A stretch of 64,000 nt of DNA from a virus: the IMG/VR virus record IMGVR_UViG_3300013132_000021; one strand, written 5' to 3'. How positions within the stretch are numbered: position 1 is the first letter of the stretch; every line of letters begins with the position of its first letter. Position numbers and translations under genes: made by a program. Positions 35,618-45,163 of the stretch are shown one piece after another. Under the pieces are notes generated by a model that saw only the letters and a program-made list of their open reading frames with translations, did not search any database and was not told the DNA's origin.

Positions 35618-36693
35618 TCGGCTTCCTCCAAGTCTGGTTCAACTGTAGTAGTTATCTCAGAAATGGATTTTTCACCGTGTTTTGATACATCTGCCATGGC
35701 CTTGTCAAGACCGAGATTGTCATTGCGTTCCCAAGCCTTGCGGAATTGTTTAATGATCTCGCCATCGGCAGTGACGTAGACTAGGCTGTTTCCTTCTTTC
35801 TTGAGCATGCCTTTGGCTTCGAACAGGTCGACCAGTCCACTATATGGATTCATACCTGTTTCATAAGGAATCTTCACCTGCACTGATTCAAAAGGTTTGG
35901 CATATCGTGTTTTCATAACCTTGCAGGCAGCACGGATACCTTTGACCTCTGAAATCTTGTTACCGTCTTCGTCTTCTTTGAGTTTCAGCTTACGCATGGC
36001 CACTACGATTGAACTGGCGTAGATAAAACCCTGACCACCGCTGATCTTGTCATCTGGATCAAACATGTCTTGGCTGGCGTAGGTGTGATTGGTACACACC
36101 AACCCAATATTAAGACTACCAAACATGTTCACACAGTTGCGAACCAATGCTGTAAGTGCTTTGGGCTTACGGCCCATGTCGCCTTTGAGATCCCCGGCTT
36201 CGAACTGGTTGACGTCCGTGGGAGTCAGTAACATTCCAAGACTATCTATCACGAACAAGATCTTAGGACGTGTGGCTTCGTCCATGGATTTGTATTCTGC
36301 TACAAACTCCACGATGGTCTTGGCCACATCATCGATCATGGCCATGTTCAACTTCATTAATTTATCTTCTGAAGTGTCTACGCCCAGGGCTTCCAACCAA
36401 TCTTTATCCAAGGCGTTTTCTGTGTCAATCAATATAGGAAATATGCCCGATGCCTGTGCGTTCTTGACCAAGTTACCGGCACAGATAAAACTCTTGCCTG
36501 CACCAGACTCACCAGCAAACACAGTGACCTTGCCTAGGGGAATACCTTTGTAAAAATCTCCACTGATCAAATAGTTCAGTGCAAAATTGTTGGTTGAGAT
36601 CCAATCTACTGGATCATTGAAGCCAATGCTAAGACCTTCGATGCTCTTAGTAATTGACTTTCTAAATTTAGAAATATCAAATGCTTTTGCCAT
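35614..36693 (-). CDS. uvsX: UvsX/RecA-like recombinase
   Basis: AGESGAGKS, IDTENA, VIDSLG, NHTY, SGGQG. Confidence 0.92.
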   Translation of the reverse strand: MAKAFDISKFRKSITKSIEGLSIGFNDPVDWISTNNFALNYLISGDFYKGIPLGKVTVFAGESGAGKSFICAGNLVKNAQASGIFPILIDTENALDKDWLEALGVDTSEDKLMKLNMAMIDDVAKTIVEFVAEYKSMDEATRPKILFVIDSLGMLLTPTDVNQFEAGDLKGDMGRKPKALTALVRNCVNMFGSLNIGLVCTNHTYASQDMFDPDDKISGGQGFIYASSIVVAMRKLKLKEDEDGNKISEVKGIRAACKVMKTRYAKPFESVQVKIPYETGMNPYSGLVDLFEAKGMLKKEGNSLVYVTADGEIIKQFRKAWERNDNLGLDKAMADVSKHGEKSISEITTTVEPDLEEAE

Positions 36694-36710
36694 ATTATTA
36701 TCCTGTGATG

Positions 36711-36751
36711 AGAAGAACTCGGGCGTAAGAACTACGTCTTAGAGGCCCGAG
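36711..36751 (-). terminator. hairpin between gp32 and uvsX (weak terminator/attenuator)
   Basis: CTCGGGC..TAAGA-loop-TCTTA.GCCCGAG followed by TTCTTCT on the minus strand. Confidence 0.55.
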
Positions 36752-36760
36752 CCGTGTTAA

Positions 36761-37744
36761 TTACTGCTTTTGACGATTGCGAATCATTGCAAGGATATCT
36801 TGCGCACGACTAGCACCCTCAGCGGCTGCTGCCGGGGCCTGTGCCGCTGGAGCACTCACCGGAGCTGCCACGGCCACAGGAGCGTCATCTGCATCCTCAT
36901 CAACTGGGGCTGCACGAGCAGCGACCTTGTTAGGATCACCGGTGGCCTGGCCCATACCTGCTGGTTTGAAATACTGTCCCCAGCGATCCATGTCATATGC
37001 TTCGCCATCCACTGACGCTTCAAACATTTCTTTCATCACTTTAAGTTCAACATCTGTGGGCTTCTTAGGAAGGAAGCCACTGAGATCAAACAATCCGTGG
37101 GTGTCAATGGCTGCTTTTTCAACATCGCTCAAAGCACGTTCTCGTCTGCTCCACTTAGATGTAGAGTAGTCAGCGAATCCGCCTTTGCTTGTTTTAGCGA
37201 TACGGAAGTCTAGACCTTTCAAGAAGTCTGTTGGCAGTTCATCTAGTTCTGGATCCATCAATGCCGAACGGATGATGTTATAGATCTGAGGACCAATGAT
37301 AAATCTACGGATAGGATTTTCTGGAATCTTATCTTCCTTGATAGGGTCTTCAACTACGAAGCCTTGGAAAATATATGAACGCTTCTTCCAATACTTGCGA
37401 CCCATTTCTTCAAGGTTCTTGTCTTTGAACCATCCCCGTACTTCTGCGAGGATCGGGCAAGCTGTGCCATCATTGTACATTTCCACACAGGGAACCTGTA
37501 CCTGCACTGGACGCGAATCAGTTTCGCCTTTGATACCAGCAAACGGTAGTTTGATCATCGCACGTTCTACCCAAAAGAATGTGTTATTTGCGTTGCCATC
37601 AGGAAGTAAACGGATAACCGCTTCTTTGCCTTCTTGCATGTTCCAGTGGGGGTAAATCGCGTTGTCTCCACCGCCGGTGGATTGTCCTGTGGACTTGGAT
37701 TGTGCTTCTTGAAGTTTCGCACGGATTTCTGCTAGTGTTGCCAT
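36761..37744 (-). CDS. gp32: single-stranded DNA-binding protein, T4 gp32-like
   Basis: AVIRLLP, C...CPI, YWKKRSY, GLDFRI..GGFADYSTSKW, low-complexity tail. Confidence 0.88.
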   Translation of the reverse strand: MATLAEIRAKLQEAQSKSTGQSTGGGDNAIYPHWNMQEGKEAVIRLLPDGNANNTFFWVERAMIKLPFAGIKGETDSRPVQVQVPCVEMYNDGTACPILAEVRGWFKDKNLEEMGRKYWKKRSYIFQGFVVEDPIKEDKIPENPIRRFIIGPQIYNIIRSALMDPELDELPTDFLKGLDFRIAKTSKGGFADYSTSKWSRRERALSDVEKAAIDTHGLFDLSGFLPKKPTDVELKVMKEMFEASVDGEAYDMDRWGQYFKPAGMGQATGDPNKVAARAAPVDEDADDAPVAVAAPVSAPAAQAPAAAAEGASRAQDILAMIRNRQKQ

Positions 37745-37801
37745 TTTAAATGCCTCCTTGTGTTATGCCTAAAATGTTTATATGCCTTATGCACATGTTT
37801 T

Positions 37802-37830
37802 ATTATGCGCTTTTTATTTATCAAGGTCAA
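37802..37830 (-). promoter_or_regulatory. dual sigma70/late promoter for gp32
   Basis: TTGACC-17-CATAAT with TAAATA in the spacer; AAGGAGG RBS. Confidence 0.7.
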
Positions 37831-37867
37831 TAATTATCTGATAGTTTTTTGATTTTGTTTTGCCAAA

Positions 37868-37894
37868 AGAAAAGTGGGCTAACCCCACTTTTCT
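37868..37894. terminator. rho-independent terminator
   Basis: AGAAAAGTGGG-ctaac-CCCACTTTTCT. Confidence 0.8.
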
Positions 37895-38074
37895 CTTGCT
37901 GCCATTAATGCCAACTGCCTTGATAAAAACAATCTCCATTTGATGTGTTCTGGAAGATCGTCTCCGTCATTTAATAGTTCTAATCTTGGTCTACTGTAAC
38001 CTCTATGTACTGCATCTTCAAACACATACTCGATTTCACAATCATCAACAATTAGAACAACTGAGCGAGTTGTA

Positions 38075-38245
38075 TTACTTCTTAGCAGGTTCTGCTTTTT
38101 TGTCGCTTTTGGCAGGCTCAGCCTTTTTGTCAGCAGGCTTGGCTGCTGCTGGCTTGGCTTCTTCCTTCTTGGCTGGTGCTGCTGGTGCTTGTGCAAAAGC
38201 GGATACTGCAAATAGTGATGCTACTAGAGCGATTACTGATTTCAT
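38075..38245 (-). CDS. 56-aa secreted Lys/Ala/Pro-rich peptide (not in ORF track)
   Basis: AAGGAG RBS; MKSVIALVASLFAVSAFA (signal peptide, AFA cleavage) + QAPAAPAKKEEAKPAAAKPADKKAEPAKSDKKAEPAKK*. Confidence 0.8.
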   Translation of the reverse strand: MKSVIALVASLFAVSAFAQAPAAPAKKEEAKPAAAKPADKKAEPAKSDKKAEPAKK

Positions 38246-38334
38246 ATGAAATCTCCTTTTTGATTAACGACAGCGATATTGCTGTGCGTATATATATAAC
38301 GCTTGTAAGATCGATTAGTTGACATCGTGGGCAA

Positions 38335-38361
38335 GAAAAAAGGCAATAAAGTGCCTTTTTC
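38335..38361. terminator. rho-independent terminator
   Basis: AAAAAAGGCA-ataaag-TGCCTTTTT. Confidence 0.75.
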
Positions 38362-38378
38362 CGTTGATTTTGGTAAGA

Positions 38379-40247
38379 TTAGTATCTAACCAGTTCTTTG
38401 ATTCTGTCTAGTTCTGTGCTTTGCTCAGTGGTCTGTTGAGGAGCCATGCGCTCTACAAACTTTCGAGCAACCTGTTCAGCCTGTTCTCCAAACTTCTTGC
38501 CTACCATAATCACTACGCCTTCTGGGCCTTTGGGGAATGTATTTGAATCTCTGTCATAGAATGATTGAATAAATTCTGCCAGTTCTTCTACTTTGATGCC
38601 TGCACGTTCTTTACGATCACGTTCTGATTTTTCATCTTTGTCTTTGACGTCTCTCATTGTCAATGGTGTTTGACCGGATTTCTTTCTATCAATCGCAGGT
38701 CTCTCGTAATCTCTGGGATTGTCAGGATCGATAGCTTCCTGCGGAACTGGTTGTTGAACAGGAACTTCGGCTGCGGCTGGATCAACTGCCACTGGTTCTT
38801 CTTCCGGGGCAGTTTGGTCACCTCCTTGGGCTGCTTCCGGCTCATCGACCATATCACCAAAATCTAATTGCTCTAGAGTTTCAGGAGCATTTAATTCTAA
38901 CCATGCTTTGACCAATGGTCTTACGCATGAGTCTGCGTCTTCGGCGGCCTGTGCTTTGATGCGTTTGTATAGTTCTGGATCTTCTATGATGCCTTTGAGG
39001 CTTTCTATGGCATTCGTGCCATCTACGCCTGCGGGGAAATGCTGTCCTACTAGTTCTTGTAGGCTCTGGACGGCAGTGGCCTGTGCTTCTGGATCTTCTG
39101 AGGTGATAGCGGATTCTTCACCCAGTGCCATCACCCATGATTCAAATTGATCAAATGGATCATAGGTGTCTTCACTGACTTCTAGATCTTCGTTGGCTAT
39201 TTCTTCTTGTGTCAATGCGACTATGTCGTCGTAGCCTATGGTGTTTCCTTCTTTCATCAGTCTGTACAACACAGGAAACACTGATGCGATATCTTCTTTG
39301 AATGATTTTACAGTGAATTTTTCTTTGAAGTCTTCTACCACGTCCTGTGGAATTTCTTCTTTGCTATAGGCCTGGAAGTTTTCTTTATATGCTTCATAAT
39401 GACTCTGCTTGCTCAGTGCCTTGATCTGCTCACGCAGTTGGTTTAGATATGTGGTTGATCTTTCAACGACTGAATTAGTGTCCGAGTTCATTAGATCGTT
39501 GCGTACCACATAGTTGCCGAAACTCTTTAACTGTGCGATTTCTTCGCTCATGCCTATGATGCTTTTGCCTAGATCATCATAGGGAACGCCACCGTTGGCC
39601 ACATGTCTCTGCATGGCTCTAGCACCTGCTAGATGGATGAAAGGATATTTGAATCTTTCACCGTCTTGGTTTTCCACGAACAAAGCACCTATGTGGCGTG
39701 TTCTTGCACCTGGCTGATTCTCATCCATGACCGCTTGGTTGTGTTTGATAATCAATCTAGTGTCCATTAGTTTTTGGTAGCTCATGGTTCTGCTGCCATA
39801 CATGTTGCTTTCTGCCATCATACTTTCTCCGACTGGTTTTTGTATAGTGTCCTGCTTGGTCTGCTTGGGCTGTGAGTTCTGCACCAGGAATTCGTAGTCC
39901 CTGCGATCCAGATTATCTTTGGCGATGTCTCTGGTATCGAAACTCAGCAGTCTACGTTTAGCGAACTGGCGCAGCTCTTTGAGAAAGCCGTACCAATTGA
40001 CCTTTTGTTTTTCATCCATGCCTTCAGAAATACCGTGGCTGAAATACACCTTCATCGAGTTGGGCTCTGCAAGACTGATACTGACATGTCCTATGGGGGT
40101 CTTTCCTTCCATGTAGTCAAAATCAAAAAATCGAGCTTCTTCAGGATTAATGGTAATTTCCCCGGTTTCCGCGCCTAGTTTAAGGCCAGAAAAGCGGCTG
40201 CGTACCTTGTAGAATAAATCTGTTGCTATGTTGTTGCTTGCGTCCAT
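38379..40247 (-). CDS. large acidic late protein downstream of terminase (possible head/core protein)
   Basis: 622 aa from MDASN, TAAATA box 5 nt upstream, acidic linkers, C-terminal ELDRIKEL. Confidence 0.7.
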   Translation of the reverse strand: MDASNNIATDLFYKVRSRFSGLKLGAETGEITINPEEARFFDFDYMEGKTPIGHVSISLAEPNSMKVYFSHGISEGMDEKQKVNWYGFLKELRQFAKRRLLSFDTRDIAKDNLDRRDYEFLVQNSQPKQTKQDTIQKPVGESMMAESNMYGSRTMSYQKLMDTRLIIKHNQAVMDENQPGARTRHIGALFVENQDGERFKYPFIHLAGARAMQRHVANGGVPYDDLGKSIIGMSEEIAQLKSFGNYVVRNDLMNSDTNSVVERSTTYLNQLREQIKALSKQSHYEAYKENFQAYSKEEIPQDVVEDFKEKFTVKSFKEDIASVFPVLYRLMKEGNTIGYDDIVALTQEEIANEDLEVSEDTYDPFDQFESWVMALGEESAITSEDPEAQATAVQSLQELVGQHFPAGVDGTNAIESLKGIIEDPELYKRIKAQAAEDADSCVRPLVKAWLELNAPETLEQLDFGDMVDEPEAAQGGDQTAPEEEPVAVDPAAAEVPVQQPVPQEAIDPDNPRDYERPAIDRKKSGQTPLTMRDVKDKDEKSERDRKERAGIKVEELAEFIQSFYDRDSNTFPKGPEGVVIMVGKKFGEQAEQVARKFVERMAPQQTTEQSTELDRIKELVRY

Positions 40248-40258
40248 AAATATATTTA

Positions 40259-41845
40259 TCAAAGGCCCATGCTAACAAAGATTGGCATAGGCATGCTTTC
40301 TTCGGAGACTTTTTCAGTCATTTTATCGTAGATCTGTGGATCCCAATCAGCTAACACATCGGCCATGCGTATGATTAACAGTGTGCTGGATACGAGATCG
40401 TCGTGTTCACCGCTTTTGGCCTTAAAACCCAACCCTGTGGCCACAAAGTTCTTGAGTTCTGAAATCAAGGGCTTTGATTTCAAACTCATTTTATTAGTTT
40501 CGATGAGATTTTTTAATTGACTGCAGGCAGTGATCTTTGAACGGTGCGTGGTGTTGAATCCTTTACGGAACTTGCGTATGTGTCCTTTGCGTATGGGTTC
40601 ACTGAGAAACAGTCCGTGGAAGTTTTCTTCGCCTATGTCGTTGATCACTATCAACGCAGCTTCACCGAGGCTGTTGTTTTCCACTGAATAATAGATCTGT
40701 GGTATACCGCCCTGTTCCTCTCCACGGTCGTGTATGTATCTCAGTATTTCTCGCATGTGTTTGACCTGCTGTTGGACTGGGGTTTGATTGTGATGCCATT
40801 CTGCTACTTGGGTCATTGTAGGCATTTCATAGACCTGTATAGCAGCATAATCTCCACCAGTGCCTAGGCTGGGATCTAGAGCCACTAGATAAGTGGCCTT
40901 GTAGTCTACGTCCTTGTACCAGCGTGTCTGTCCCATGGTCATCACAGGATCTGAGCCGGCGAGCTCAACCAGTTTCACAGAGTTGATTAGGGTTTCATCA
41001 AAGATCAAGAATTCGCATTCAAACTCACGGCGGAAACGTTCTTCACCAATTTTAGATCTTTCTTGGTTGGCCCAGGCATCATCTCGATCTGGATGCTCCG
41101 ACCAATGAGCTGTATATGAAGCAAATCCGTTTTGTCCCACATCAGCTTCGTTACCAAACTCATCAAAACGTTTGTTGGCCTCGGCCCATATAATCGCAAA
41201 CTGATCTTCGTCTGAGTTTGGAGTTGATGTGATTATACACTTACCGCCAGTGGCCAATGTGGGACTCAACGCAGTCCAGAACTCTTTGGCCTTTTCAGGT
41301 GGCTGCACAAATGCAAACTCATCACAGTATATTAGAGAAAGAGATTTCCCACGACCTGTGTTTTCAGTAGTCGTAGTGGCCTGTATCCTTGCACCGTTGT
41401 CATACTCGATGGTGTTTCTATTGTAGGAATAAACGCCTGCACGTACGAAGTCTGGTAGATTTTCGTAGCCAAATCGATATCTATCCATGATGTCTTTGGC
41501 ACCTTCATATTTGTGTGCAGCTATCAATACCTGACAGTCTGGTATGAACATTGTGTACCATAATAGATAACCAGTGGCACAGGTGGTCTTGCCCATCTGG
41601 CGAGGCAGCATGGCTACACACTGTCTATTGGTGTGTATGCTTTTTATCAATCTTTCTTGATATTCGTAGGGTTCGAAATTAATAGCGCCACGAGTTGGAT
41701 GCTGTATCTTTAAAAAATTGGTGCAGAAATACAAAGGTCCTGTAACAGGATCCAAGCAGGCTTCAAGATGCTTGACCTCATCCATTGTGTATTTGGTCTG
41801 AGCGTGAGCCTTTTTAATCAGTACGCCGTCGAGTGATTTTCCCAT
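40259..41845 (-). CDS. gp17: terminase large subunit, T4 gp17-like
   Basis: PYEYQ, PRQMGKTT, YCDEFAF, ITSTPN, RNase H LDPSLG.GGDY, HDDLV. Confidence 0.95.
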   Translation of the reverse strand: MGKSLDGVLIKKAHAQTKYTMDEVKHLEACLDPVTGPLYFCTNFLKIQHPTRGAINFEPYEYQERLIKSIHTNRQCVAMLPRQMGKTTCATGYLLWYTMFIPDCQVLIAAHKYEGAKDIMDRYRFGYENLPDFVRAGVYSYNRNTIEYDNGARIQATTTTENTGRGKSLSLIYCDEFAFVQPPEKAKEFWTALSPTLATGGKCIITSTPNSDEDQFAIIWAEANKRFDEFGNEADVGQNGFASYTAHWSEHPDRDDAWANQERSKIGEERFRREFECEFLIFDETLINSVKLVELAGSDPVMTMGQTRWYKDVDYKATYLVALDPSLGTGGDYAAIQVYEMPTMTQVAEWHHNQTPVQQQVKHMREILRYIHDRGEEQGGIPQIYYSVENNSLGEAALIVINDIGEENFHGLFLSEPIRKGHIRKFRKGFNTTHRSKITACSQLKNLIETNKMSLKSKPLISELKNFVATGLGFKAKSGEHDDLVSSTLLIIRMADVLADWDPQIYDKMTEKVSEESMPMPIFVSMGL

Positions 41846-41859
41846 ATGTTTATTTACTG

Positions 41860-41887
41860 AAAAAAATAGGCTCCTAAGAGCCTATTT
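41860..41887 (-). terminator. rho-independent terminator directly followed by the terminase late promoter
   Basis: AAATAGGCTC-ctaa-GAGCCTATTT; U-tract on the minus strand; TAAATA at 41851-41856. Confidence 0.85.
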
Positions 41888-41903
41888 GATTGTGTTGAAT
41901 TTA

Positions 41904-42548
41904 TTAACTGTCTATGGTTTCTGCTGCATCAACTAGTGTTACAGCTACATCATCATAAATATCTGCAATGGAGTCTGGTAAAGTTACAGTTAATGATTCT
42001 TGGATCTCAGCACCCTGTGTACCATCAAACACCCGCATGCTCTTAACGTGGTTGGTTCTGCCAATCGCCTGACCAATTTGATAGCGTAGTGCTTTGGCAG
42101 TGGTATCTACAGTTACAGCACCACCTGTGGTAGGAGTGAATTGATATGGAGATCCAATCTCTGATCGTGTGCCACCTAACACACCTTCTGTGGTTGAAGC
42201 TGCTGCGGCACCTGCTCGATCATATCTCACTGTGAATGTCACGGTTTGCGGTTGATTATCCGCCACAGTAGCACCCGCACTAGTGAACTGCACATCTTGT
42301 ATCTGTGCATCTGCATATTTTTGTAAATTTTCGATGATGGCTAAAAATCTTTGTTGTCCTCTAGCCACACGACGACCAATTGCTAGCGTAGTTGGTTTGG
42401 TTGCAAATGCACTATGATCTTGTGGATAAACTGCACCGTTGGTGTTGCCGTCGGCTGTAGGATACGTTCCTGTGCCCCCACTTAATGTCAATACAACCTG
42501 ATAAAACTCTGGACGTAATGACTCAGTTGAAATTTTAAATCCTGACAT
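41904..42548 (-). CDS. hypothetical protein, probably virion-associated
   Basis: 214 aa, Ala/Thr/Gly-rich, in the late operon. Confidence 0.7.
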   Translation of the reverse strand: MSGFKISTESLRPEFYQVVLTLSGGTGTYPTADGNTNGAVYPQDHSAFATKPTTLAIGRRVARGQQRFLAIIENLQKYADAQIQDVQFTSAGATVADNQPQTVTFTVRYDRAGAAAASTTEGVLGGTRSEIGSPYQFTPTTGGAVTVDTTAKALRYQIGQAIGRTNHVKSMRVFDGTQGAEIQESLTVTLPDSIADIYDDVAVTLVDAAETIDS

Positions 42549-43294
42549 TATTTCGCTCCTTTAGCTTCTGCCAAACGTTGCATGAGTTCTGCACGTATAC
42601 CGGCTCGTAGTTGTTCTTTGCTTTCATATGCTCCGGCTGCCATAGGATTGTCGCCGCGATATGGTTTGCCGCTGAAGCTTTTCTTTGGTCTGTTTAGATC
42701 GTCGCCCTTGTTCATGATGTCATCGATGGTTTTATAGGTCGGCTCAGAATCTGCCACGCTGTTACCAAATGCTTCTTCTTTATCGCCTTTTTTGATATCT
42801 CCGGTACCTTTGCCGTTGATTTTAATTTCTTCGCCAGGAGGAGTATTTTGTACAGCCATGCCGTATGCATTGCCTTCTTCTTTATCTTTCTTTTCCATGT
42901 CATGATCATCCATGTCATGATCACCATCTTTATCTTGATCAAGACCTTTGATCTCTGGACCTTCTTCGCTGTCGAGATCTGATAACATTTTTAATGTGGG
43001 CATGCTAGGCTTGATGCTCATGATGCTGGGTTCGGCGCCCATGCTGGGCAATGGTGGAAGATTAGGTTTGTCCATGTCAGGATTAACCTTAGTTACCAGC
43101 TTCATCAATGATTCGATGTTGTCCATGCCCTGGGCATTTAGATTGATGCTCATTGAAGGTGGTGGTGTGTCTGGTTTGGGCATGCTCATCGGCGAAGACA
43201 TTGGCGGTGCCATTGGCGCATCCATGCCGCAACCTCCTTCATTTGTAGGTTGATCTAGTTCACGCATGCGTGCCATTAATTGATTGAAATCCAT
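42548..43294 (-). CDS. low-complexity acidic protein (prohead core/scaffold-like)
   Basis: Met/Pro/Asp/Lys-rich, DQDKDGDHD motif, multiple Glu-ended segments. Confidence 0.55.
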   Translation of the reverse strand: MDFNQLMARMRELDQPTNEGGCGMDAPMAPPMSSPMSMPKPDTPPPSMSINLNAQGMDNIESLMKLVTKVNPDMDKPNLPPLPSMGAEPSIMSIKPSMPTLKMLSDLDSEEGPEIKGLDQDKDGDHDMDDHDMEKKDKEEGNAYGMAVQNTPPGEEIKINGKGTGDIKKGDKEEAFGNSVADSEPTYKTIDDIMNKGDDLNRPKKSFSGKPYRGDNPMAAGAYESKEQLRAGIRAELMQRLAEAKGAK

Positions 43295-43297
43295 GTA

Positions 43298-43864
43298 TTA
43301 ACTCCCTAAGGCGCTTCGAGCACCTGCTTTGTCTTGTTTGCCCTTGGGCAGTTTGTATTCTACGTTGATACCATCCTTCTTGCGATCTTTGGCAGCTTTG
43401 TTCAAATCTTTTAAGAAACTCTTGTTGAAATCATCACCAAAATAGTCTTTGTGTTTGATTTTTCCTGTGCCCTTTTCCATGTCCTGTTCATCTAACAGTG
43501 CATCTCCTGTAGGCTCATTGTCCATTAGCAGCTGATCCATTTCTGTTGGCTCGCTGCTGCCACGCACACGGAAACAGTCTTCGGTGATGCCGGAATTCTT
43601 GATCATCTCTGCGATTTCTGGAGGTGTTATGGGATATTCGGTGACCACTTCAAACACTGTAACTTCCATGTTGCTTTTGTTTGGGAAATCCAACGGAAGT
43701 TTTTGTATAGGCGTTGTGCTCATCTTTTCAAAGGTTATGACCTTGCAGCGTTCTAGCTTGGTTTTGAGACTTTCCTGGAAATTTTCAGGAACCTCACCAG
43801 CAACTTTTACCTTGAAGCTGTAGGCTTTTTTGTTTTCAGTGAGATATTCTTTAAAAGTTTTCAT
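43298..43864 (-). CDS. putative internal head protein with a capsid-targeting-like N-terminus
   Basis: Starts MKTFKEYLTE, matching the T4 internal-protein CTS MKTYQEFIAE. Confidence 0.65.
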   Translation of the reverse strand: MKTFKEYLTENKKAYSFKVKVAGEVPENFQESLKTKLERCKVITFEKMSTTPIQKLPLDFPNKSNMEVTVFEVVTEYPITPPEIAEMIKNSGITEDCFRVRGSSEPTEMDQLLMDNEPTGDALLDEQDMEKGTGKIKHKDYFGDDFNKSFLKDLNKAAKDRKKDGINVEYKLPKGKQDKAGARSALGS

Positions 43865-43872
43865 ATGAGTAT

Positions 43873-44349
43873 TTATGCTTTTCCGCTTAATTTTTTCAGC
43901 AGCTCATTGCGGTCTGTGATCACATATGCTGCACCGTTGATCACTCCGTCCTGTTCATTGCCTGCGTCATTGTCTATTTTCAGCTTCTTCAGTTGTAGAT
44001 CTACGCTTTTGAGTTTTTTATCTATTTTGTTGGTTTTAGCAGTAATCGCATTGCCCATCATGCTTGCAGCTACTTCGAAGATACGACCAGCATAACGAAC
44101 TTCTACGTTCATGCCCAGATCCATGAGATCATCATAGGCAGCTTCTGCTTTTTTGGCCAACTCGTCCAGTTCTCGATCATCTAACTCATCTAATTCTTTG
44201 ATCTGTGGCAGTCCTCTAGTGATTTCTGCTACTCTACGATAACTATCATCTAGGCTCTGCACCTGTTCGTGTGTGGGCGGTTCTACTGGCGCTTCTGCTA
44301 GAGATTCGGTGGTTTCGAGATTCAATAATTCTTCAAGTCTTTTGGTCAT
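43873..44349 (-). CDS. gp16: terminase small subunit, gp16-like
   Basis: Helical, RIFEVA, C-terminal ITDRNELLK; near gp17 and gp4. Confidence 0.65.
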   Translation of the reverse strand: MTKRLEELLNLETTESLAEAPVEPPTHEQVQSLDDSYRRVAEITRGLPQIKELDELDDRELDELAKKAEAAYDDLMDLGMNVEVRYAGRIFEVAASMMGNAITAKTNKIDKKLKSVDLQLKKLKIDNDAGNEQDGVINGAAYVITDRNELLKKLSGKA

Positions 44350-44356
44350 ATCGTAC

Positions 44357-44797
44357 TTATCTTCGTTTTGTGCCCTGATGGAAAATGTCTGTTTCGTTAA
44401 TCACACGGAACTTGATGTTCTGTTGCTTGCACCAAGCATTAGCAGCTTCCCATTTGGCCATGTTTTTCACATACTGCTGTTGATTGTATTGACTCTTACC
44501 CACAGCTTCTCTAAAGGCGTGATTAGAAGGTTTTACCTCCACGACTTCTGCATGCTTTGCTCCTTTTTTATCTTGATATACGATAAAAAAATCTGGCACA
44601 TATATGGTGCTGCGACCAGTTAGGGGATCTCTATAGGGTATCTTGATGCTTTCTGATGCCCAATTCTGTACACCTGGATGTTCATCCAACATCCGCATGA
44701 ACACAAACTCCCACGAGCTGCGAGCCAATGGAGTTTTTAACCCCACGTACTTGGCAGGATTTTTCATTTCAAATCTACCCTGTGCAAATTTGCCCAT
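44357..44797 (-). CDS. gp4: head completion nuclease, gp4-like (TnsA-type)
   Basis: NPAKYVG, RSSWE, WASE, IPY, YVPDF, EVKP, KWEAA, INE. Confidence 0.88.
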   Translation of the reverse strand: MGKFAQGRFEMKNPAKYVGLKTPLARSSWEFVFMRMLDEHPGVQNWASESIKIPYRDPLTGRSTIYVPDFFIVYQDKKGAKHAEVVEVKPSNHAFREAVGKSQYNQQQYVKNMAKWEAANAWCKQQNIKFRVINETDIFHQGTKRR

Positions 44798-45162
44798 TAT
44801 GCAGCTATGTTTCTAGTCTGATTAGGTTTAATATCTGACGTTCTAAAACCTAAAAGGCTGGTAGGTACTCGATTGTTGTTTAGTATCTCTCCAACTAATT
44901 GGCTGAGGTTGTTTTTGTTCATTCCTGTAAGTGTGTCTAAGATCTGTGAGATAGGAGTAGCATCGATTTTGGCCTGTCGTAACAGAGTCATAGCCACGGT
45001 ACCTGCTGCGTCCGAATCAAAGCCTGCACCGGTAAAAAAACTCACAGCAGCAGTAACGTCGTTGGCTGCGAACTCCAGTGCAGCTTCACCGTAGGTATCA
45101 AAATACAGCTTGGTGCCTGCGGCACTGTCTTGGATTTCAAATGCGGGTAAATTAGTGGCCAT
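44797..45162 (-). CDS. hypothetical protein
   Basis: 121 aa, coupled in the late operon. Confidence 0.7.
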   Translation of the reverse strand: MATNLPAFEIQDSAAGTKLYFDTYGEAALEFAANDVTAAVSFFTGAGFDSDAAGTVAMTLLRQAKIDATPISQILDTLTGMNKNNLSQLVGEILNNNRVPTSLLGFRTSDIKPNQTRNIAA

Positions 45163-45163
45163 G

